A stretch of 45,325 nucleotides of DNA, taken from contig JALJEE010000421.1 in assembly GCA_023231475.1 (NCBI GenBank), positions 1 to 45,325 of the forward strand, read 5' to 3'. The translations under genes and the position numbers were made by a program. The first letter of the stretch is position 1. Every line of letters starts with the position of its first letter. Shown in pieces: positions 35,668 to 45,325 of this stretch. The notes below the pieces were generated by a model. The model had not been told where the DNA came from and searched no databases. It saw only the letters and a program-made list of their open reading frames with translations. Origin of the DNA: Seison nebaliae (taxonomy: Eukaryota).

Positions 35668-36891
35668 ACATCAAATTTACTTGAAGAGTATTTATATTCA
35701 CTTTATTTCCGGTTCAATGTGACATGTGTAGTATTTATGTTCACATGAAACACAATCGAATTGCAGATGAAACTCCCACACTAAATAAAGTTTATGGGTC
35801 GTATGTAAATGGATGTATATTGCGTGTATTAATTATCAATTTGAATTTTAACAAATAATTGTAAATTATTATGTAATTATTATTAGCCGATATTTAAATA
35901 TGAATCTGTAAAGGAAATGAAATATATTAATCATTCTCATATATAAACAAAACGGGATTTTCTATAACATCAATTCTTCATAGAATTGCATAGACTTCTA
36001 ATAATAATTTATCGTATTCTCTTCAATGATGTCGTTCTATTATACTGTATCAATGTGATACTATGTAATTATTGATTAACACTATTAATATATAGATATC
36101 TTTTCCCTCCATTTTATCAAGTTCTCTTTATACTTCGCCTTATTTATCTTTCAACTACCAATATAAATCTATCGACTCGTCATTCACCTATACTATGTTC
36201 GGTATCAATTATAAGCTTCAAATTTTTTTCGTAATCTTTAATTAATTATTTCGTAAATAATGGATTATTCTCATGATTACTACGTCATCCTTTATTATTA
36301 TTTTTATTTATTAGATATTTTAGCTAGTAACTAGACGAATATTAACGCAAGTTTTATTGATATTCACAATAATTGAACTTTTCGTATTAAATTGTCAGTT
36401 AAATTGATAGGTTATTTCCAATTTTTAGACGGTAGTGCGATATTTGAATATGATTGATATAATGATATCTTCGAATAAATTTTGGTAAGCATCTCCTCAT
36501 TGGAAATTTACCTTCAGAATGTAATCGTTCTTAAAATTAACTTACATATTAATTCGATTCTTTTAACAACTTGTTACAACTCTTAAATACTTTTAATTCA
36601 TCAAGTTTCTTTTGAATTCAATTATTTCTTATGGAAATGAACTTCTAATTTCTATAATTGTTCCGAAATATAACAGAAGAAAAAGAAATAATCATGATAT
36701 TCAGTTCTCTAAAAATGTAGGAAAAGTCTAATATACGAGGAAGTCAATAAATACGTCCGAAATCGTCGGTCGACCTTCGTAAGAGGAATTTCAGACTACT
36801 TTCGATTGAAATAAAACTTTTTTTACACTGAACTTTATAGAAATATTGAATGACAAATGGAAAGAAGAGTGGAGGACAAAAGATCTACTGT

Positions 36892-36984
36892 ACAAAAGAG
36901 CCACGAGACACGTAAATAAAATTGTATGAACTATCTATAATATAGTATATATCTTATTTTTAGAAGTTTGTGTGGCTCTTTTGT
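36892..36984. repeat. Short inverted repeat (possible MITE remnant), about 93 bp
   Basis: ACAAAAGAGCCAC (36892-36904) and GTGGCTCTTTTGT (36972-36984) are perfect 13-bp reverse complements around an AT-rich spacer. Confidence 0.5.
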
Positions 36985-37037
36985 TCTACACTCGGAAAGA
37001 AGGTATTCTTATAACCATATGTCTAACTGTCTAATAG

Positions 37038-38221
37038 CCTTTTCGTAGACGAGTCATTAGGTAGACGAGATTATTTGGTAGACCGGTCATTTGGTAGATC
37101 GAAGATTTGGTAGATTGCGTATACAAAATAGGGTTATGTATATATTTTCTATTTTTTCTTTTTTTAGATTAGAATTACACCAAATTTTTGGATTATTTAA
37201 ACGGATTATTATCATTAAAAATTATAAGTTTTAATTAATATTATATATATATCTAACATTAATTAAGTATAATAGAATTGTTTTATAATTTATTTAAAAA
37301 GTAAAAAAAGTGAAAATAATAGAAGAATAAAACACAATCGTCAAAAACGGCTTTACCAGAGATATTGTTAATTAATATGGAAATTTCTTAAAAAATATCT
37401 CGTCCGTAATTTCTCTACCCCCCTTCTTTTCAATAATTCATGTACTGCCAATTGCTTCGCCAATTGAGTTTTGCAAATTTATCCATTATCCATTTGACTC
37501 ATCTTAAGACGACTATAATCGTTGATTATTTTCACATTCTCCACATAGTCAATCACATTGAGTGATTCGGAATAATTGTTGGTGATTCCAGAATTTTTCA
37601 ATATATTTTCGTAGCAACTTCACATGTTGATCCTCCATTAATCTGCAGATCACAACTTTCTTACATTTTGATGATCTATTTAGACATCTACAGGTCATCA
37701 TTTCATTATCTTTCCACACATAGTTTACGTTAAAAAAGAATCCGTCATATAATAATTGACGTTGATTTTTAGTAAACTTAATCCATTAGATTTGTTTTTC
37801 CATTTTACTTACTTATTAATGTGGATACGAACAAAAACTCGCTAAAACATAACAACAACTAATTAAGCGAAATTTCTTAAATTTTTACGTGTTTTTCTCA
37901 AAGAGAATTAAAATATTTTCAAATAATTCAAACAACGAAATATTGTTTATTTTTATTGAATAAGATAAACGAAGGCAAAATAAAATAACTCTTAAAAAAA
38001 TTTTAAAAATTAGAATTTAATAATTTGGAATAATTTTAATCTAAAAAAAGAGAAAAAATCGATAGTATATACATCTCTTTTTTCATATTTATCCCGACGG
38101 GAATTTTAACCAATAAATAATAATAATAATAACCCTATTTTGTATACGCTGTCTACCAAATGACCGGTCTACTAAATAGTCTCGTCTACCAAATGACTAG
38201 TCTACCAAGTGCCCTAAACTC
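37038..38221 (-). mobile_element. Non-autonomous Mutator-like (Phantom-type) DNA transposon with about 95-bp sub-repeated TIRs and 9-bp TSD
   Basis: Imperfect TIRs at 37038-37137 and 38129-38221 are built from about 17-bp GGTAGACNRGTCATTT-type units and end in GCGTATACAAAATAGGGTTAT. The direct repeat GTCTAATAG flanks both sides (37029-37037, 38222-38230), and there is an internal FLYWCH-like remnant. Confidence 0.8.
37549..37803 (-). pseudogene. Decayed transposase N-terminus (FLYWCH-like zinc finger)
   Basis: MEKQI*WIKFTKNQRQLLYDGFFFNVNYVWKDNEMMTCRCLNRSSKCKK... fits the FLYWCH pattern LxxDG[FY]x[FY]...WRC...C, with W>C and an internal stop. Confidence 0.6.
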
Positions 38222-38829
38222 GTCTAATAGTAGTATCTATAACTTGTGGTACCAATATAATTATACAAAAAATAATCCATCTTGGAATAATATCATCGTA
38301 TAGAAATTTAAACGAATATGTCGATAGAACTGTTTAATAACTTGTTTCTAGAAATTTAATTAATATCTATTAAAAATCTATCAAAAAAATTTCTATATAT
38401 ATTAAAAAAATTTTTTCTACTTGTTTTTCTTTATCTCGACTGGAATTTTAAATAAAAATTAATAAATAAATATCTTAATTGGATAAATTGTAATCGTAAA
38501 ATTAGTATGGAATATCTCTTATTTTATGAAATGATTAGTTTGATATCAAATAGACTTTACTTAAATCTGACGTGAGTTTTACTCAGAAACATGTCAGATA
38601 AAATAAAGATATATGGTGGCACCAATCACATTATCTAGGGATTTGCTGATCTACAAAGGTTTTTGATTTAGACTCATGTTTTCGATAAGAAGATTTGCTA
38701 GTGAATTCAATGAAAACATATTATTATTCTAAAGAAATAATGTTATTGAATCATAAGAGTTAGATAAATGATTAGTTTGAGATATGGTTAGATAGACAAA
38801 TGATACAATTATTATTCGAAAATAAAATT

Positions 38830-40885
38830 TTAATTTTTTTCATTTTCCGTGATCATATTATTCTGTTGGGAATTAGATTGCTGTTCGTGATAAGATACAC
38901 TTGACATATCTTCATTATTCTCCATAGTGATCTTTTCTTGAGAATGACTACTTGTCACGCCATTGACACATTCGGTTTCGTCGGATGATGGTGGACATGG
39001 ATCTTTTAATGAATCAATATTATTCGAATTTAATTGATCGAAATCGATCATGGAATATGGAATTAAAGTCGAGATATCGTTCATTGTCGTTCTGAGGATT
39101 TCTTGACATTTTTGCATCGATGTGAATAGTTTAATGAACATTTCTTGAAGAATAATTGGATTATGATTATTCATCAACCATCGATTAACATCATTACTTT
39201 CATTCTTCTTCAATTTACTACAAAGTTCTATGAAACAAATTAATAAACAAATATTAAATGTTAAATTAAAATTGAACCTTGTTTCACAGAGAATGATGGA
39301 TTCTCATTCACTAACAATTGATCGATAGATAATGGATTCTCTTTAAAGTTATCTTCCATTTTATGGGTTCTAAACGAAAATTACTTGAATATGACGAACA
39401 AAATATAAACTGAATAAATGAATGGGTTGAGTCCATCGTCAATGACTTTCGCAGTTTCTCAGCTGAACAATCCCCATTATCTGCAGAATTTTGCCTTTTT
39501 CTATTACTCTTCTCCGACTGTCCATTGTTTTCGCCATTAATATTGTTCAAAAATCTCATCCAATCATTTGTTGATGTCGGTAATTGTTGTGATTGGAGTG
39601 ATGATGGCAATTGTGGAATATCAGTGTTTACATTTCTTTTGTAATGATTTTGGAGAGCAAATAGTAAAGTATGAAAATTTTCTTTGAAAGAGTTAGATTT
39701 ATGTTTTCCATCTGTTCCATTTTCCATCGCATGACGATTATCTTCCAGTTCAGTTAGTTTTAATTTTGAATTAAATTTCTCATTGTTATGCCTTTTGATG
39801 TCATCTATGAAGAAAGATGTGAAATGAATAAATAGAAAAATAAATGAACATGAATAATCGGTTTGGTTTGAGGACTGAATACTGGTAGTTGGTGATTCGC
39901 TATCTCTACCGGAAGAATTACCTCTTTTAGGTGGACGACCAGGCCTAGCCCTTCTTCTAAGGGGAATAAATAAGAAATTTGAGGAAGTAAAAGAAATACG
40001 AACCCTGAACTTGTACAATCGTTATAGAGTGCATCGAAATCGGTAGGTGTTATTAATTTACATCGATTCACACCTGGTTGTATGGCGCCAAGTCCTCGTA
40101 GAACACGAACCTAAGAATCATTAGAATTGATTTTACAATCCATTAAAAACAATTTAACCTGTTCCACGTTACATACGACCGGGGTGATTTCTAACCGTTT
40201 TAGTTTCGTGTAAACCGTATGAAGACCACCAACAAGATTCTTTAGAAATAATTCGAATGCTTGTGGTAGACACATCATATCTTGTCCATCAACGATGAAA
40301 GTAGCAATCTTTTCATTCTTATACGTCATCAGTCTGACCTATTTTGAATTGTTGATGGATCGAATTAGATGGAATTAAAAGGAGAACTTGATTATTTTCC
40401 GGCACATTTCTAGCCACTGGCGGCGAATCATATTGTGACATGATAATAGTTTGTTGTAGTTCGGGATTGATGTTAATCAGATTATTCTCAGGCTTTATCA
40501 TCTTATTAAGTTGATAGAATTGTTTATTGATTTGATGGAATGCCACATTAGTTGCATTTCCACTACTATTTGAATTGTTCGTGGATATTGATTCGTTCCC
40601 GGATGTATCGATTTCATCATTCTGAACAAGTTTTGATGGTGGACAAATATTGGGATTCTGTTGACTTAATTGTCTGAATAGTTGCATAACGTGTAAGGAA
40701 CTGTTGGATTCGGCTTGTGTCATAATACTTTCACTCTCTTTCTTTTTCGGAAGCTGACTAAGATGAGCTAAAAATGAGGCTGCTGCTGCAATGGCTTGCG
40801 TCGAATTGGTACTTGTATCAGTTGACGATGTCGTATTAACTTGAATATCGGAAGTGGGTAAACAATGAAATGCTGTCGTTGTCAT
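38830..40885 (-). CDS. DACH: Dachshund homolog (SKI/SNO/DAC Box-N), 591 aa, 7 exons: 40885-40388, 40338-40159, 40110-40004, 39956-39850, 39804-39411, 39369-39278, 39227-38830
   Basis: CLPQAFELFLKNLVGGLHTVYTKLKRLEITPVVCNVEQVRVLRGLGAIQPGVNRCKLI...FDALYNDCT..RPGRPPKR. Exons total 1776 nt and stay in frame. Confidence 0.95.
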
Positions 40886-43800
40886 AACGTTGTTATGTTT
40901 CTTATACAGTTAATTGTAATCGAATTAGACAAAATTCTCAATAATTAAATTCTATGAAAATGAATCTTATTAAAACTGAGAAAATTCAGAGAAGAAAAAA
41001 ATTCACATTGAAATGAAAATGTCTTGGAAAAAGAAAGATCATCAAAAAGAATAAAAATTACAATTATTTCATGAAGTAGGAAGTGACAACATTGACGTTA
41101 GAGGGGAACAATGAAATATGATTTAAATCAAATAGAAAGATCGAATATAAAAACAATTTCGTAATTTGATGATCTGTCCCAATTGCCAATATGAAATGGT
41201 AATGAGAAGAGAATGAAAGAAAATGAACCTAGATTTCTGTTTCAAATACCTTACGTTCCCGAATGAGAAATAGTAGTTGTTGGGGGGAGGTAGGAGAAAC
41301 TGAATAAATTTCATGAGTTATTCACGAAAAACAAGAAGAGGAATATTATTCAAATTTTTCAAGAAAAACACTTCTCTGATGAAAGAAATTTTGTAAAAGT
41401 AAAAGAAGTTTTCGCGTCGAAATCAAGTTCGAATTCAACGAAATCACGATTAGAATGATGACGTAAACAATATTTTGATTCGAATGAGAATAAGAAAGAA
41501 AATGGTAAAACAATCTGAAAAAGATTCTGCAAATATAATTCGACTCATGGAAAGTAATGAAGGGAAACAGGGGAAGAAAATAATTTATGCTGTGAATTCA
41601 GGTTTTTTTATCATATACACTTGTCATCGTTGTTGTCATCTCCATCACTAGGCATCCTTCGAAATATGAATAATATACGTTTCTTTCGAAATCGTTTCGT
41701 TTTTCCTCTCTCATTTTATGCTAAATATGTTCACATGAGTTTGTCACCGATCCCTCAAAACTTTCTCAATATAATGAACCTTTCTATTCTCCGCAAATAT
41801 AATGACCGAAATAAAGGTAATTTACTTTTCATAAAAAATTTCCCAACAAAACATTTTTCCCAAAATTTCCACCGTTTTTTCTCGTGGTTGGGATGAATGA
41901 GAGTGGGGGAATGTGAAGGAGAATTGTCGGAAAATTTTATTCGACAATTGAACTCACTGAGAAGAATAAAGAAGTCCAATCAAAACTGAACGAAAAGAAG
42001 TGGAGATGAAGTGAGGAAAAGAACGATATTTAAGAAATCGTTCAATTTAATTGTCATGACTATAAATATTTGCAAATATAATTAGAATTGGGAATGTTGT
42101 CATAGTTGCGGTAGATGGATTATCGAGGGACAGAAAGTGGATGATCATTCTATTCCCGCCTCCCATTACCCAAACTGTAAAGTGAAAGTAAATAATAGAA
42201 GTGATGGAAGAAGATATCGATATCGAAAAGAAGATTATTGATTGATATGCGATACTAATTTAATAATACCTTTGGAGTAATTTCCACGTTAACCTTCTCC
42301 CCATCAGTTAATGCTGATGTTAAACAAATCTTTCATGGACAGCTATTTATAACACTCAAATAACATCATTTCTCTTTATTAACAACATTTCTTTTGTTAA
42401 TTATAAGAATCATAAGAAAGTGTGATGATCTTTTATTGGGAATAGAAAATGATTGTTAATGGAAATGCAGTATCTGTTTTGGGGGGTGTTTTTAGGGAAA
42501 AAGAAAAGGATACGTGATACGATTCGATAGGAGTGAGAGGAGACCATTATTTCGTACCTTAATTCAATTGACGCAGAAAAGAAGATCAATAAGGGACGAT
42601 AATCAATCAGGCAACAAGCCTTTGACTCTTACGCTTTGTCAACTTTCCGCCTATTATCAAATGCAAATGAGAATGATTTCTCCGAATAATTTTCTCTTCT
42701 GGCATTTGTTGGGTGGTTGTTCTTTTTGAGGAATATATTAGGAACACGTCATAGAGTGGAGATGTAGTGAAGATAATTTGGAAGTAACATATCAGTAGAA
42801 AGAAAATAAATTTTGACAGAAGATAAATGGTCAAAAAGGAATACATGAAAATCGTATCTATTCAATCTGATTAATCTTGGGAACATCATTTCCAAATGAA
42901 TATACAAAAAGGCAAATCACTAAATATGATAATCAGACAAATAAAGGAGAAAAGAGAATTGATACATGTATCGGGAAATCATAAATCGATATGATAATGG
43001 CAGTGTTGTGTCTTAATATAAATTAGAATTATGTGTATATGTAGATCTCCTCCACGCAGATTGTTAGTTATGTTCCACTAAACGAAAAAATTTCGTTTCC
43101 TCAAATCAACTATTACACTACATTTCAGATGTTTATTGAATCTGTCAGATTCATACAACGATATTAATATGTTCACTTACACTCTATTAACAGCTCCATA
43201 ATTTCTCTCCTTCCTTCGTCTGTTTATATCTTCCATTCCTTTATTGCCTTCTGGTCATTCCATCGCATATATTCCGAATAATAAGTGAATAGACTGATAA
43301 TCATCATCATCATGACGATGATGATAATGATGATGATAATTTCTTCTTTCGAAGAAAAAGAGAAAGACGTCAGTTAAGACATGATATACTTATCAGCTTC
43401 AGATATCTCACATTCAACCACCACTAATAGATTATTAGAGATTCTCCAAAGAAAAATGAATAATTTCCTTTTCAACTTTTTCTCTTATCGTGTGGCTGAG
43501 TGGCTAGAGATCGAATCCACAAATCAGGGTGACATACATGATGACGACTATTATTTCAGATATGAGTCTTGAAAGAACCTATTACTAATGTTGCTAATTA
43601 TATGTATGGAATGGGAGTAAACTCAACTACCATATAATAGGAAGGTGTAAAATTTGAGAATGGGCAAAATTCTCAATTTTCCTCCTCTATCTTTTGACTA
43701 GTCACTTTCATATTTCTTCTCCTCATTCCCAATCGTTTGGAGGGTAACCACCTCTCCTCTCCAAACCAAACTTAACCAGAGAACACGAACACACGTATTT

Positions 43801-45325
43801 ATTGATTTAACTAATCAGAAGACATTAAAAAGTAATAGTCTATCAGCAGCAATTATCACAACTGTTAACGTTTCAATTGATTCTTATTATGTTGCCCATT
43901 CCATCAAACATTCGGGAGTACCATATATCCACCATTCTCACTGAATGGCACAGGAAATATTAACAAGAAAAGTAACTCGATATATGTCTGAAGTTGATAG
44001 TTCCGAAAGTTTATGATTTCGGTTCAAATCATCTCCGATATTTTCCCCCATCAAATAAATATCGATAATGGATATTGAATGATATAAATTGGTGGGAATT
44101 GATCAAACTATTAATCTAATCTCCTGTTTCTACAAAAATTTCCTTCTGCCATTCATCTGCAATTGACATAAAACTGTAAAAGAAAAATATTCTTATACGA
44201 AAACGGTCAGACCGAACTGCTGACGGTAGTAGTTGAATTTAATAATTGAATCGTTTTCCGGTCAGGATATGCACTGATGTTTGTTTTCCTAAGTTTATTC
44301 CTATTAATATCTGATACGTATGTGTCAGATTTCTACTTTGTTCTTGTCAATTCATCTCAATTCATTCATTTCAAGTCGTTTACCCATCATCATATTTAAT
44401 GATTCATTCTCGTCAAACTACTTGTCGACTTGTTACAAGAAAGCAGAGTAAAAAAATCCGATTCAGTTTCCTTACAATTTAATTACAGATCCACCGCCTC
44501 TTCACTAACCGGAGAATTAAAAGAAAGAAACCAAAAAATGGTTCTAATCTCAAATGACTTCGTACTTGTTTCTTGGAGAAAAGAAACTATTCGAACTGAC
44601 AACTGTGAGGAAAAAACGTTCCTCTTTTGACGACATACACATACATAGCAATTGAAAATTATGAATCAACGAAATAGCGAGAAATAGTCGTATCATAAGT
44701 AATAACTTCCGAATAAAACATCTCATGTTGTGACGAGAAAGAAAGTATTATCATTTTACTCCTAACACATTTTTTCGATGAGTCGTGATAATTAATCACG
44801 ATAAAGTAATGGAAAGAAAAATCGCGCGACATTTATCAACATTCTCCATAAACAGATCGTCAAATTTAATAACAATGACTATGATGAATCTCTTCTTCTA
44901 TTTGCTCATATTCGCTGGAAGACGGAGAAACTGTTCGTTCGTGTATCAGCTACATTTCATTTTGAACCTTATTAAAATCATTCGTTATAACCATCCATTC
45001 TTCACATTATTATTGATCATATCATTTTTCATCAACTATCTATAAGATGTTAACAGTCTCATAAAAATCATTCCTATATCATAACTTGTGAAGCGAAACA
45101 TGGGACGAAACATATGTTCACTGAAAATAGTCGTCGAATAAATGACAACAATTAGCCATTCCAACATTATATTCTATTTCAAATGTTCCAAACTGAAACT
45201 CTTTTCCCATTCCGCTCAATTACCAATCAGATTGACATAAACGTCGTTAAAACAACTGACTAATGTGAAACTGAGAACGAAATTTATTTTTGAAACAATT
45301 TCTGTTTTGGTTTTTTTGTCCGATT

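Noticed and set aside
36733..36782. TATACGAGGAAGTCAATAAAT resembling a mariner TIR
   Set aside because: No convincing matching inverted end or transposase found nearby.
44219..44242. TGACGGTAGTAGTTGAATTT, superficially let-7-like
   Set aside because: The seed differs from GAGGTAG and no convincing precursor hairpin was seen.
41123..45045. Short ORFs (60-90 aa) upstream of dach, and similar antisense ORFs across the window
   Set aside because: They have F/I/L/N/K-rich composition expected from AT-rich non-coding DNA or antisense frames, with no motifs or consistent splice structure.

Overview
AT-rich, gene-dense eukaryotic (animal) genomic DNA with tiny spliceosomal introns, so the ORF track fragments or misses most genes. 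Manual splicing gives, in order: the 3' end of an upstream gene; an intronless secreted 1151-aa orphan with Tyr/Pro/Gln heptad repeats; BRWD/PHIP (LisH-like, WD40, Tudor-like, two bromodomains; about 2744 aa); CFAP276/C1orf194; a small orphan gene; a 1038-aa hedgehog-related Hog (Hint+SRR) protein with a non-Hedge N-terminus; TMEM55/PIP4P; RNase T2; CDC45; RAD23; an LRR gene (LRRC63-like); CDC50/TMEM30; a decayed Mutator/Phantom-like transposon with a FLYWCH remnant; and Dachshund. The most striking signal is the splice code. Of 38 introns reconstructed in eight recognisable genes, 37 begin GTT and one GTC, and none needs the usual GTA/GTG. Second is the novel Hog protein with an 8-Cys domain next to the Hint cleavage site. 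Other notable items are RFX X-boxes ahead of the two likely ciliary genes, candidate duplicated alternative last exons of CDC50, a roughly 450-aa insertion in the BRWD propeller, and a Dachshund without a clear Box-C. The organism looks like a compact-genome ciliated invertebrate, possibly spiralian (inference only). All gene models and family assignments were made by eye, without database searches or RNA data.
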